Assembly: GCA_951804945.1 (NCBI GenBank)
Contig: OX638154.1
Location: 42,904,001 to 42,968,000, forward strand
Direction: 5' to 3'
Length of the DNA: 64,000 nucleotides
Source: Podarcis cretensis
Lineage: Eukaryota
The notes under the pieces were generated by a model. That model worked only from the letters and a program-made list of their open reading frames with translations. It searched no databases and was not told the origin of the DNA. Made by a program: the position numbers and the translations under genes. The first letter of the stretch is position 1; each line of letters starts with the position of its first letter. Of the stretch, positions 24,471 through 39,400 are shown one piece after another.

Positions 24471-27400
24471 GTTTGCCCTTAATTGACTAGTATGTGGGAT
24501 TGCTCCCTAAATACAATGGCCAGATACACCAGACAACTTGGATTACAAGCCAACATGGCAAGCTTTTCAGTGCCATATGAGAACCTTCCTATTTATGCCA
24601 AGGCATTTTGGATTGTGTGGATGGCTTTTGGAATTGTATTCTATTCTTGCTTTTAGCTTCTTGAGTTTTTGTTCTCTCCTCTTGCGTCTTATCAAACTTA
24701 TTTGTTGTTTTTAAATTGTATTTATACATTGTGTGAATGAATTCTATTCACACTTTCGTACAGCACCTTGGAATCTTTTTGAGGAACAGTGGTTAAGACA
24801 TCTTTGGAATAAATTAAAAGCAACCAGTTTACTTCATCCCAATATCACATAGACCCTTTCTACTGGTGAATGTATTCTTAAATTACCACACTTCCTTTAT
24901 GCTTGAAGAGACCCATGAAAAAGTAAGTAATTTTTGCAAGGGACAGTGGGACAAGTGAAAGAAACACAAGTACATCTATCAGCTGAAAAATGTGAGTACA
25001 TTTCAAATACCTCTTCCAGCAAATAAAAAAAGGGGGGAAGGGACTTATATCCTATTATGTGATTGCCTCTCACCTCCAGATGCAGCATAGTCAAAATCTG
25101 TATGGTACTTCTCTCCCCCCCCACTATGGTTAATAGTTCAGGTGGGATGGGGGTCAGGGGTCAGTGTAATTGTGATATAGAAAACCGTGCAGGAAGAAAA
25201 GATTAAGAACTCCCTGTCCTAATGCAGCTCCCCAATAAAAAACCCTCTTGCATATCTGCCCATAAATAATATGGTTTTTCTCTTTCTTTTAAGGAAACTG
25301 GTCACGGATGCCCCATGTTATGTCTCTTTTGGACCTTGGCATAATAAACAAACACCATGCCATGTATTTTAGGTAGGGCATTATTTCCTTTTGGACTAAG
25401 GAAACAGATAATTGTTTCTGTATAACTGGCTTGTCATTCTTGTCACACACTGCAGCTTGATGTAGGAAGCTGCCTGCCACAATCCTTATGTGTACTTAAG
25501 GGTCTAGCACAAAACCTTTTTGCACACAAGACCTTATCAGATCTTGGGAGAGAACACAGTGGTCATTGCACAACCATAGTATACAGTCCAAGCAGGTTCT
25601 GAGAGAGGTGTTTTACCCCTAAGCCCTTTGAAAAAGAAAAGTATCAATGCAACCCCCCCCCCCCCCGGAGAAAGTCCTTTTGCAAATACAGAAGACACTT
25701 ATTGTAGTGAGGTCAAATCCTAACAAAAGTCATGGGATGAGGCTTCACCTCCTACCTAGCTGGAAGTCCTCTTGCATTGCCTTTAATGAGATTAATTCTT
25801 TTCAGTGCCACAGCTGCTAAAAAGTGGTAGGATGAAATCCTTCGAGTGGGAAGCCTATGATCAGTGCTGTTTTTCTAGAAAAAGAGGTGCTGGAACTTAC
25901 CATGAACATCTCCTTTGTTCTCTTATAATGGCAATGGCACCTACGTGAGAGATGCCAGAACTGAGTTCCAATGAGTTCCGGCAGAAAAAAAGCACTGGAT
26001 GATTAGGATCAGACCATCCATCTAGATTTGGGAATGAATATTTCAAACCCAACAACAATGCTAGTTGATAGCTATTTCTCTTACCTGGATATTTCCCTCC
26101 TCTGCTTCTCTTAATGAAGCAAACTATCAGCAAAATCAGGACCAGGAGAGCGATGGCACACATCAGTCCAATAAACCAGCCCTGAGTTGCAATGTCCCCT
26201 TGGTTCTTGTTATAGGCTAGTAGGAGAAGTTGAAAGAAAAAACGTTAAGAAGAAATACAATTGACCCACATAGTGCTGAAAAACGAAAATAGCAAGCAAA
26301 AGCTATTAGATGCTTCCTGTCCCACCCATTCCCAAGCTTCACATTTGTGGACTGGTGTCTCTCAATGCCGGTCTTCCCAAATTGGCCTGGTTTGGTTGCC
26401 ACATGAAACCACAGTTAAAATAGAATTATGGTTAATGTAAAAGAGCAGTATGCTAGTACATGCTGCTCTAAAGTGCCTGTTGTGACTGGGGAGGAAGCAA
26501 ATCAAAGGGTGGTTTTGTATATTATATGCGAACCAGCAGTTGTGATTTGTTTCTCTCCAAACCAAGCATGGAAGCTAAGGTTTGTTCTTTGCTTAATAAT
26601 AATAATAATAATACCCCACCCATCTGGTTGGGTTTCCCCAGCCACTCTGGGTGGCTCCCAACAGAGGACTAAAAACAGAATAAAACTAAAAACTTCCCTA
26701 AACAGGGCTGCCTTCAGATGTTTTCTAAAAGTCAGGTAGTTGTTTATTTCCTTGACCTCTGATGGGAGGGCGTTCCACAGGGCGGGCGCTACTACCAAGA
26801 AGGCCTCCTGCCTGGTTCTGCTCATGGGCTGCATTCACATTGCAGTTTATTCTGTTCCTCTGTTTTCCTAACTGTTTATTTCCACATCACATTTGAGCTT
26901 TTACACCACATAAAAGCTACTTCCAGAAATACACTAGAATATAGTGCAAGTTTCGTGCTTATTTTCATGTTATTTGCAAATGATTTTTTTTTTGTAAACA
27001 AACAACATAGAAATGAGTGCTAAAGTTGTGCTATATTCTGATATATTTGTGGAAGTGGCTTTTATGTAACATGAAAGCTCAAATATAATGTGGAAATGAT
27101 CAGTTAGGGAGATACTGAGAAAATGGAATAAACTGTCATGTGACTGCAGCCATGGTTTCTTTGGGGGAAACAAACCATAAGCACTGGTTCACATAGAAGA
27201 CAAAGGCAGCCTCTGGTATGTTTCCTCCTTGACACACCAAAGGAAGAGTGCAATAGGGACTTTTGAGCAGTATGCTCCAGCACACTGCTCATTCACATAA
27301 AGCACTTAATTTTAACTATGGTTTAACATGTACAAACCAGGTCATTATCTTTCTCTGTGTGTGGGGATTTTTCAGATTTGAGACATCATATTGGGCCTTT

Positions 27401-30400
27401 CTATTTTTCCAAACACATCACAGCCCAAGTTCTAACAGTGACAATTCAGATCCAAGGGTAGCAGTGAAGGCAAAGGATAACACAGGTGGGTACAGCAGAC
27501 CTGGGCAGAGAAATAAATATATGGTATTGCCTAACAAAGGAGGGTTATATAAAATGGGTGGGGGGAGCAGAAGAAGCTGGGTAACAGATTTGATTCATGG
27601 TAATGGGAAATATTGTAGGTGGTACCGGTACCTCAAAAGAGGATGCAAAGTTCTCCAAGGAACAACCAAGGATTCATATTTATCTGGTACATAGCTAGAA
27701 CAAACAAGTACAAAAGGCTTCCTAACACATTATTCAATGTCCTGAAAACCACAGAGAACATGAGAGACTGAGGCTTGCCCAGGCTTGTCCCAGCTTGTGT
27801 ACAATGCATTAAGTAATGGTTTATAGCATGATGTGTTTTTGCAAAACATCACAAAGTTTTCCCAGGGAAAGTGGCAGGACTAAAAAAACAAAAACAAAAA
27901 CCCCCTCTCAGAGCCCTGATTAGAAAGCATGGGACAAATGGAAGAAATCATGGGATGAGCCCTAAGTCATGCTCATTAATTTAAATGAGTTTACTCTGAG
28001 TAAGACTTAGTTAAATACCACCCAAAGCTTGAAGCTTATGTGACTTACCAACTATGATGGTAGTATATTTCTTCTACTGGTAAATTATTTTGCGAAAAAG
28101 GAAAACATACACATCTAACTGACCCAATCATTATAATATTGCACACAACCCAATACTCTGTTGGATTTTAAGTAAGTGTTATTAGTGACATATGACAAGT
28201 GAAACAGAGTCAAGTCTTAAATGAGCAGCAATTGAAGTCAATTCCTAGCTTATATAGCACTTTCTTTTCTTGGGCCAAGTTCACCCTGGATCACTAAAAC
28301 ATAGACATTTGAGAGTACCTAATGTAAAAACTTGTGCATTTCAAACTCCGCAAAAAAGCAGAGCTCATCAAGACTGTATGCACACTTCATTATAGGAATG
28401 ATTCACTCAGAGAAACTGTGAAAGGGTTTAATGGCTGGCTTCATGACTTTAAAATCAATGGTAATTTTTCCTCCTTGTGAATCAAACTGGAATTGCGCTA
28501 TTAAACCATAACCTAATGGCTTTATCAGAACACCAGTAGGAAGTAACATGTATAAGCAGCTTTCAAGTTATTGACAATAAATTAAAAATATCCTGAATAG
28601 CACTAATGGAAGATTATCACAGCCACGCAGAGTTGAAGTTCTGCCAACAGTATAATGAAGATACACTCTATATTCGTAGCCAACAGACCTTTCTCAGACT
28701 CTCTCTGGGTCTTCTCACATTAAGCGCTCAATTCCGCAGTACTTACTTACAACAAAAGTTTGATCACAGGAAAACATGCAAATGTATTCGAGGACACCCT
28801 CTCTTTTAATTCCACCTAAATAGGTGAATATAAGTTATTTTGGTTCCCTAGCCCCCCTAAAATCAGAATCAGGTTGTGTTCAAAGATGGGAATGAATTAT
28901 AAAAAATGTGCATTTGGTGTCAGGATCTTTGGGGGTTCTGAGTCAGAGTCCCAAACTCACACAATACCATGGCCCATGAACATTTAGGCCCCGGAGCCAT
29001 CTTTCTTACATATAATAAGGTAAAAGTGTTGTTGTGCTGTAGTTTGCTTGGCCACAGATAGGGAGCACTGCAAAAAAAATTATGATGAGAGGCAGTGGAT
29101 GGGAAGTCCAGGCAAGCCATAGAAGGGCAGGCAGAACAGGCTGCAGCCTTGCACCGCCCCCCTCCACTGACTCCTTTACTTGCCAGCCTCAGGGACTTTG
29201 CCCCTAGGATCCAGATCCCCAAGCCAGCTAGCCCTGTGCTAGCTGCCTTCCTCCTCCCTGGCCAGCCTCAAAACCCACTGCTGTTTCCACCACCGTTTAG
29301 CATCAAGAGCAACGCAGGGGTGAGGAAGGCGCCCAGAAGTGCCAGCTGGCCTTGAGATCCAGAGCAGTGGCATGAAGTAAAAAGGAACAAGGAAGACGCC
29401 CGGAAGTGGTAGCTGGCTGTCCTTGGAATCCATGGAAAATGGAAGGTCTAAACTGCCCCACCTTGGCCCTTTCATCCTCTGAAAGAAAAACAAACACGTC
29501 CAACTACTCTCCCTAACAATGTCAGTACTCCTCAATTTGCCTCCCTCAGTGCAGCCTCTAGGTTCTTTGTAGTCATCTTCCAGCATCTTTCGTCTGTCAT
29601 GATGTGCTATCTTAACAATCGCCAGTGTTCCAGCTCCCTTAGAAAACCTTAATGCCTTTTTTGCTTTTTACCTCGATTTCTTCAAGTGTCTCTCACCACA
29701 GCTTTTTAATTACATTACTTTCCAGCTTGACTTACACACAATGTTTTTACTTCCCTCCCAACCTCTTAGCCCATCATTAGAAGTGCACTGTAGACTCCTG
29801 CTTAAAGTTTCTGGTTTTTTTCCTTAACTGTCATGTTCCAAGGCTGAACCTTTGACCGTCCTGTGCAAAACTTCCAGAACATTCCCTAGTACTTTTAACC
29901 TTCATGTGAGTTTTTGAGCTTTTAAAGCAAAAGCTATTGTTGGACAAGTTTTAACAGGAAACCCAAACTCAAAATGTTTGAAAGGCCTATTCTCAGGGAC
30001 AAATAGTGATTTCCTGTTACGTTCATATCATTTGAGGAATCTACCACTACATCATTATGATGTTTTTTCAAAAGGTATGAGCAATTTTAATTGACTCAAA
30101 AGTGCCAGGTGCCCCATTGGCCTTTGTGCTTTGACATTCTCCCTGTTCACTACTGGCAGCTGATTTACCATGCATTCCCTTTTCCTGTTAAAAGCACTAC
30201 TGTGGGGAAAAAGTCCACTTTGAAGCTATTCTAATAGAAGGAGCAAGACACTAATTGCATGGACTTCAGAATTGCATTAGGCTAAATGAAACTACAGGGT
30301 TGACAAAGAGCGAATAGAGGCTTTTGGAACAAATGGTGATTCAATTAATGATGCTAACATAGAAAAGCTTTCAATAGAATAGAAGGAAGATAGGAAAGGC

Positions 30401-33400
30401 AACTATCAGATCGCACAATATACAGAATGAAAGGGGGGAAAGTATAATATACAAGTATACTTTTGATACAATAATGATAAAAAAATCCTCCAACATATTC
30501 ACAGAACCCTGTCCAAATCAAATAGGCAATGTCAAAATGATACAACGGCACACATCAAATGTAGTTGTTCTGTCCTTCTTAAGCATACATTTCATTTGCA
30601 AACAGCCTGATCCCGTTTTGCAAAGCCAAAACGCTTTCACATGATCTCTTATAGCCATTGGCATGAGGCAACAGTTTCTAAACTTGATGCAGCCTTGCTT
30701 TGGCTTTTAGGGGGAAGTGTGACAGAGACCAAATGAGGATGCCATAGGACAGAGCAGGGAACCTTTCTTTAGCTCAGTGGGCCAGATCCTTATCAGGACC
30801 GGTCTCACGGGCCAAATTTGACAGGTGGGTGACACCATCTGCCAATTAAATGACATAAATATGATGTCACATGATCGACAGGTGGGCGCGGCCATGCACC
30901 TTTAAAAATCCCTTAGGCAGCTTTGCAACTCTCCTTCTACTCCCCATTTAAACCCCTAATTCCGGATGTTAGGGTGAACATGGGGAGCTTTGCAAAGGCT
31001 TTAAAGCAACCCCTGTGTTCCTCCTTGAGTGTCAAAAAAATAGAAGACAGGCCTAAATGTACATTCCCAATATTGAATGTAACTTCATTGTACTCAAGGT
31101 GGTGCCAGGTAAATGTGGCTTAGGCCCCAAAGTCCTTGGGAGATAACAGGAATCCACACCTACTTTGCAGTTGGCTGCGATTTTTATGGATTGGCCTTGC
31201 TGGCCTCCTTCTGGGCCCCACCTGTAGAGCGACATTAGTGATGAATTGCATTTTGCATATAATAGGTTGTCAAGACAGCGCCACACCCTTAGGACATTTT
31301 ACATGCATACTTACTGTATTTTTAACAGGGCAGTGGAGGTTAATATTATTTTTCCATCCAGGTATATTTGTGTAACATTAAATATCACTCACTGCACGGC
31401 AAAGTATTGTTCTAATTAACCAAAACTGAGCAAAAGAAATAATGTAGTAAAACTGCAGCTGTGGGGCTACTTGGCTAGTTCAATTTCTACTTAGAAAAAT
31501 AAGCTGCTGTCTCCTGAAGAGTGACTTTCAAAATAACCTAAAGAAAAAGGACAGCGCTTTCGTCTCACAGGTATTAATGATGGAACATGATAGTAAGCTC
31601 TGATCTATCATATCAGAAGCAGCCAGCCTGGAAGAGAAAAGGAATGAAAATACAAGAGGCACTAAAAGAAAGCAAGGGAGGTCACTAAAATAGTGTAGCT
31701 TTCGCAGTCACCTGGGATGCATCAGAGGAAAAAAGCATAGATCTTGGAAATCTTCCATTACTGTATCTTGAGATACAGAAAAAGTACTCTTTTAATGCAC
31801 AAAATGCATATGGAACACACATAAACATACAACAAAAAGCAAATCTATCAGCACTGATCCAATTTACCCAATTACGGCAAGGAGCAAGAACTGTGTTATT
31901 CCCTTGTAATTTTTTTGGTTGATGTAGCTAGGAGGTTTGCCAAGCCAAAATAAACTAAATTATTTAGCCTAATATATGTTGCATTTTGGATTCTTATTTG
32001 TAAACCACAACACATTCTGTGTAAATCAAGGTTCATCTGAAGCACCGCTCTCAATATCCAGTTTCCTGGGGAAAACACCACCAAATTTCAGTGAGATAGC
32101 ACCACTAATGATCTATGTTACGGTTACATTTTCAACATATCCATCCTCAGCTGGGAGGCATTTCATCTGCAACACAGAAGATGATCTCACTCTCTACACA
32201 CATACGTAACTATGTACAAACTGATACTGGATTGCAGAAAAAATAAAGTTCCCCAAGATCAAACAGATGGTTCTCTCTGGTTCAGTCCATTAGCAGGAAG
32301 GATGTGCTCCTCCAGTTGCTGGACTGCTAAAACTGTATGCCATCTGAGCAAATATTTACAAATGAAGCAAAGGAACTGTTGCTCAAGCATTTATGTAAAA
32401 GCTACTAGTCGTCACGATGGCTATACAGAATCTGCATATCCAGGGGCACCATGCCTCAGTGTACCAGTTTCTGGAGATCAACAGTTGGAGAAGGCTATTG
32501 CCTTCATGTCCTGCTTGTGAGCTTTCCAGTAGCATCTGGCTGAACACCTGGGAAGCAGGATGAGAACCTCCACACTCACACCAGGGCAACTGTGAAGGTC
32601 AGCAGTGTTACAAAAGTTAATTGTTTCTGACAGAACAACCAAGTTGTTGAGGGGCTGGGGCGGGCAGGCAGAAATTGCTTGGGGGATGTATAGGAACTGT
32701 GGGCCACTGGTTAGTTACCCGTGGTAGTTTTAAAAATATGGCATTTTTCATTTGTTTTCACACATGTTCAGACTAGGTTAGCAATTTCTTTCCACCATTT
32801 GTCTATATGCCACCATAAACTTTATTATTTTAGAGTTAAAAGAGAAACCTTGCTTAAATTGTGTGGACATTTTGCTTACAGCTTTTGACACATTGCTTAA
32901 AGCTTTCTACAGAATGACCTTCTGATTCTTTCCACTCAGCATACATTTCAGCTATTTCTCACATGGAAACTACTTTTCTAATTACCTGCATTGACAAAAG
33001 GAGCTTTTATTATGGACACAGGAGGAAACCTGGGATATGATTATGTTTGATTAAGCTTCACTATGACTGAAGCTGATTGTTTGACAGCTACCTAAAATTC
33101 TGAAAGCAGAGGTCAGAAATGTGAATGCATAAACTAATATCTACTAAAGTCTGACTGGTCCCATGCTGCAGCCCTATAGCACTACCAGGCAGTACTGGAA
33201 ATAGATCTAAAAGGAGGTTCCACACAGTATTTAAAATTGTGTTATACCATCCAGGAATGTCTTTTACCATGGTGAGTATCCATTATGTTTATTCACAGGC
33301 AAGTCCTGTTCAGCAAAGGCTCTTTTCAATGATAATTAAAAGCTTCCTGCTTGGGGTTGTAGCCATTTTATTGCTTCATATTCAGTGGTGCTGAAGGATT

Positions 33401-36400
33401 AGTGAATTGCCCCTTAATTTCCTCATCTGTAAGCTTCCTTTCATTTTTAAAAATAGCAAAATAGAAAACAGGAAGCTTTGGGTAAAGATGAAGTAGCCTG
33501 AAAGATGTCAATAGCAATTGTCTACATTAGACAGGCTGGCAATGCAATTGTGTTTTTATTGCCACTCCCCCAACTGAAAAAACCCTTGGGAAACAGAAAA
33601 AAAATTACTGGAATACATTGATCTAATGATGTTCATTTGAATTCTTCATAAAACTGAGGGGCAACATAGAAGCAACCTATACAAGGCACTTTTTGAGACA
33701 CACAAATAGGATGTAAGGCAATATTCTGTAAAGGTAAATTGCTACAATTCTCAGATTGTGACTTCATTTGAAATTATGAGTATACCACATAGCTCTGTGG
33801 ATGTCTTGCAGACAAATTCACCACATTATAATATCTAAAATCTTTTTCATGAATACCCAGACATAAAGCCAATCAGAAATTCACATGTGCTCATGCAACA
33901 GCTGGCAGCATGATAATGAGCAGTGCACACGCACGCAAAGGGAAACATGAATGCGCAGATAGCAACACGTAGCCTATAGCATATTCCTTAACAATAGTGT
34001 TTATTATTAAGTCTAGATGGAAAACCATGGGTCTCTGCCCTTTTTATAGATATCTTCCAAAACCAAGCTTGTTTCATTAAAAGAAAAGTTATGCCAATAT
34101 TTTTTTTCTTTGTTTGTTTTAGCAGAACACAGTCTAAAGAACCTCATTAAGAGAGGATACATTTCACTTTGGTACGTGTATAATAAGGGCAGAGTGCACA
34201 TCGTCAGTGAAGAGATGGATGACATTTTCTCCATGCATGGCATAATTCCTCCATCTGAAGCAGCAGCACGCAAAGGCAGTAAGGCTTGGAATGGAATGTG
34301 CCTCCAAAATGCAGCACATTGTGGGGCTGAACCCCATCTCACCTGGACTTGTCTGAAAGGTTACGTTCGAGCTGATAGTATCATTCCCTTTGAGAAAAAC
34401 CCGCACTATGTACTTCTCCCCAGGAGTCAGGTCAACCAGCTCCAGAAAGCCTTTAGCAGGGGAAGATTTCACTGTTTTGTTACCTGAGAAACAGAAACTT
34501 CATATCAAAGGCAGCTAGCAGGAAATGCAGATTACTCTATAGGCAAACATCCCTAATGCCAGCTCCAGCTACTGACTCGACACATGTCCCTGCCGATGAC
34601 ACCACTGACTAACACAGAGTGAACACCCAGAGTTTCTGGCACCATCAGTTCAAAGTTGAAGGGCTCGTTTACAGAAGTTCACTCCACTTGTATATAGGAG
34701 AATTATATTTTCCAGACACCATTTAATCTAACGGAGCACCTGCTTTGGCATCGTAAGGCAGCCAGCAACCAGATGGAAGCTTATCACATTACTGGTTCAG
34801 CGATTTTGCATAAAACTAGACGTCGGGGGAAAAACAACAACAGAAAAAGAAGGAAGATTTTGTACAGCCATCTCTGGGAAATTCTTACTTGGAACAGAAA
34901 GCGACTGGCATAGGCTTTTTGCAACTCGCAAGTGCCAGATGTGCCGAATCAGTAACAACAGCAACTCTTTCTCTGGCAGCATGCTTCTGATGCATTCGAA
35001 CTGCCTATTCTGAATTGACCTCAACACATTTTGCAAAAGATGTAGAAAAAGTCACTTCTAAACTCTTATTAAGAGCATGCACACAGATCACAAAGTCAAA
35101 TTATATTAAAGGTACACTGCTAAAAGCATTCAAACATAAAGTGAATAAAAAGAACCCTGTTTGCAAACTCCAGTGTAGGTACCCTTATGAAATTGCAAGT
35201 ATTCCAATACTTCAGGAGTTTTGGAAGTGCTTGGATGCTGTGTTAACTTAACCTTAGCAAATCATTAGGCATGGAAGTCCCTAATCAGCAGTGTTACAGA
35301 CGTGTATGAATCTACAAACATACTTTTGCCAGCAATGGCTAGGTTAATGAGAGCACCAGGCCTGAGAATTGAAATCACGGGAGTCCTTTAAAGAAAATCC
35401 AAGCAGCTGGCTTTGACAAACCTAATTTATCAAAGTACTACAAAAGTGGAAGCATGAGAAGCTTCCCAAAGAAAAGAAGATTCCCTTTCCCACTCTGTGA
35501 CAATGCAGCAGCCAGCTGAGTGGAATACAGAGGAATCCTCCAAATCATATCCACACAATGGGTGTTACATTGACTGCTTACTATTTAATCATGCTAGATG
35601 CAAATTCCTAAAGGGTCAGTTCTTGATTACTTAATTTAAAAATCTAAACACAATACTGTATTGATAATTTTATGGAACCAAATCCTAGAACAGGACTTGG
35701 CCCAGCAAACTAAAACCAAGGAAAGCATGTCTAGGGCACATATAACTTGCCCCCAAAGCTATAAGGTTGACAGTCAATGTTTAATTCTTTGACCAGTACA
35801 TAACTACTTAAAAACTGCAGGTAGCATGCCAGCAGGAAGTACAGTGAGGTATGAATGGCTTGAAAACAAAATTTATGTAGATAACTAATTATAAATCTCC
35901 AACTAAAACGAAATGTGATCATTACTATTAACCCCCAAATTATTTGCTATAGAGGGGATCTATAGATTTTTGTATCTATTTCTGCTTCTTTCTACGGCAC
36001 TTACAGCCATCACAGATTCACTTAGGGTAGTGTTTTTTAAAAAGCAGGTCCTTTTTAGGATGTGTTATTCTGAATCCTCCACTGAAAGGAGTCGGCAGTT
36101 ATTGTGTTTAAGAGAACAGCAACATAAAACACAGTGCCAATATAATCTGAAGGACAAGTTAAATGCCATGCCTTTGGTCTCCCCCTCCCCCCCAAAAAAA
36201 ATCCTCCATGCACAAATTTAGCAGTACAATTAGTTACACTATAATGAACATTGCATGAAAGGTCCATTAAACCTCTGAGAGATGACAGAATCTCTGGTGA
36301 CATTAAGGACCCTGCAGAATTCTCGAGCTCCCAATGCTTACTGTTGATATACTCAACCACAAACTCAGTTTCAGGATCAAATGTGTGGTTCCAGGTGATG

Positions 36401-39400
36401 TTTGCCCAGTTACTGTTAGGTGAAGCTTTTACATCCCAGATAGGCTGCTTTGCACCACCAGCTGGCGAACAGGTTAGAACAGAGGTTAGTAAACTGGATT
36501 ATGAACAGAGAGATGCATTCTAACTGCATGCCCAAATTTAAATGAATTGTTTTCCTTAGAAGGAAATTCAGAGCATCCTCCTTCTCCCCACCCCTACCAG
36601 GTATAACACACAACAGACTGTGGATGCTTCAACATTACCTCACATAACACAAACAAAAAAACATTGCAAAGCCATTTCAATTCATACGTCACTTTAGTAA
36701 TGAGAAGAACTTTTTTGGGGGTATATCTAAATATATCCTTTGAAACAGCAAGGTTTGCATATAAATTACATATAAAAATGTACACCTGGATATATGCCCA
36801 TGCTAATACTCTCTTCAGCCATAGCCATTTTCTCGTGCAGCCTTAAACAACCTGGTGCCCCCTAGATGTTTTGAAATATTACCAAAGGTGATGGGAGTTG
36901 TCGTCCAAAACATCTGGAGGGCACCAAGTTGGTGAAGGTTGTCATTGCATCAGCAAATTGAGAGGTACAACATTTTCAAAATGGCCAAGGATACAGACAT
37001 CAATCTTTCTGCCAAATTATCTTGGAAGAAGGATAATGGCCCTAGATGGACGTCATGTGTCCATACATCTATAAGAGAACAAATCACCTTAGGAATTTTA
37101 GTGCCACAAATTTATGAGCCACTTGCCTGTCAAAAGCAACACTCTACAGGGCAGGGTCAACTCAGATGCCTAATTCTTACAGGGCAGTGCAGAAGGTTAC
37201 GTTCCCAGCCCTTATGCCAATTCCTACATTGCAGGATTATAGAAATCCCACATAGCAGCTCCTGATGGTCTACGTAACTAGACAGGCAGAGATTTGTTAA
37301 TGATGATCTATTTCAACATTGCACCAAACCAAGGTTAAATTCATTGCCAATTCTCACTGTTTTAAAATTGAGGAAATACTGGAAAGCAAAATGTTCTTGT
37401 CACTATTCTGGATAGTGGGTAACAGAATTAGCTGGTTTTAGGTCAAGCTAGTTTGTGACAACATCAGTTTAACTGGCTTCAATCCATTAGTTTAGAAACT
37501 CTGACTATTGCATTAGGCTTCAAGTCTATACATACTTACCTGGGAGTAAGTCCCACTGAATTCAGTTGGAGTAAGTCCCATTGAACTCAATGGGACTTAC
37601 TTCTGAATAGACACGCAGAGAATTGTTCTATTGGTACAATTCAACATATCTTTGACATGAGAACACATTCTTCAGCAATAAATACAGCCACTTTATGACT
37701 TAGAAAATGACAGTTTCCTCCTCAGTTATACTTTTATGTCTTTACAAAAAGCTATTTCTAACAACAACAGTTCAGTTTTAAAAATGTCTATAATTTCATA
37801 TCTTGATCCATCAATTACCACTGCATGCTCATTCATGCCATATTTAGTTTTGAGCCACAGCTGAGAAATCCTTGCATCAATAAATTGCAAGCCAGGCACC
37901 AAGTTCATATGCCTATGCTTAGAATATACATGAGCATTCCCATTGACTCCAATGAGACTCCATGCATGCAAGAAATTTGAAGCTGGGCTTAATCAGAACT
38001 ACTTGAGTTTGCTTTAACTTCTCTTCAGGAGTATAAATTTACTGCAAACCATCAGATACTACATGTTTGTTTGTTTTTAAAGTGGCTAAGCAAAATGAGG
38101 CATTGTGCCCCAGTGGTCAGTCAAAGACCTTTTTCTGGATGTGTTCCTATTTCAGATTGAGGTATTTATATGCAGTAGATGTGGACTTGGTTAAATAACT
38201 GTGCCAGTAAGTTTGACACGTTGCATTTTTCATACAGGGCAACCAAATATTTGCATAGTGAACGTTTGGATGTGCACATCATTTGTTGGTAGGGACCTAG
38301 CAAGATCTCTCTGCAGAAGTCCTAAGAAGCAGTTCTCTTATGTAAAGATTTTTTTTTTAACACTGAAAAGCATCATATGGTATTTGCCAAGTCCCATAAT
38401 GAAACAGATGCATTAATTAATGCAACCACTGCTTTTACAACATTGTAGGGATGACAGCCAATTTAGCCCACTAAATTTTGTTATAGTGTATTTGCTGTAC
38501 CTGCCTATCCTAGCCTACAGAAAGCAAGGAAAGCTCTTGTGTTATACATGTGCATAAACAAAGCTGACCTCTCTCTCTGAAGAGCAAATTCATCTAAAGT
38601 AACTTTATTACGGCAACATACTGAGACCTTGAATGCACAACCTAAGGATTACTTTTCATTTGCTGCTAATCTTTTATCACAGCACTGAGAAACTCTACGT
38701 GTTGGATGGTTTTCAAAGCAACCATACCTTGATGTTAAGCCTGAATTACAGGCTTAAAAAAACCTGACAAGATCCAAGTATGGATTGGACGACTAATAGA
38801 AAAGGAAAGATGAAAACACAGTACCAGAATCCTCTACTGGGATACCTATTGTGCTAGCAATAATTGTGGTGATGGCTGCTTCTGTGGTGGTTGGAGCTTC
38901 TGTGGTGGTTGGAGCTTCAGTAGTGGTTGGAGCTTCTGTGGTCGTGGTTGTGGTGGTAGCTTCTGTGGTGGTTGTGATAGTAGTAGCTTCCGTGGTGGTG
39001 GTGGTGGCCACAATGGTAGTAGGGCTGATGGTTGTTGGAGAGATTACAACTGGGAGAAGGAAGTGTAAAAACTACATTTTGAAAAGTATTTAGATTTTCC
39101 AGTTCTTTGGCTTTGTCATTCCCTGAAGCTAGGCGCGCATGCAAGATATGGCAAAGTGGATCAAGTCACACACACACACAAACAAACAAACAAACACAAA
39201 ACATACAATTGAGGGGCAAAAAGAACGAAGCCATCTGCAATGAGGACAACAAAGCCTGAGTTTCACTTTCTTTCCTTGGCACACTTTTGACTAACAACAG
39301 TTAATGCAATTCAGCTGCAGAGTGGGCAGGTGTGGGAGAGTCCTGGAATCCATCAAATAAAGGCGCATGCAAAACCTTCTGTAGGCAAGTGCACTGTAAA

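Noticed and set aside
25901-26084. TM exon read-through to a strong downstream donor (ATG|GTAAGT)
   Set aside because: The 184-nt extension, or a 40-nt cryptic exon, is out of frame and the peptide shows no homology.
33375-33395. REST/NRSE site (also a weak match near 520-540)
   Set aside because: Only the left half TTCAGCACCAC matches; the GGACAG half is absent or degenerate.
37532-37543. U1 snRNA 5' end (ATACTTACCTGG)
   Set aside because: Only 12 nt match and the downstream sequence is a palindromic repeat, not the U1 body.
38851-39093. Plus-strand Val-rich hydrophobic ORF
   Set aside because: Antisense shadow of the Thr-rich PAT exon.
39050-39128. Alternative upstream acceptor extending the PAT exon
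   Set aside because: A 79-nt extension shifts the frame and there is no good internal donor.
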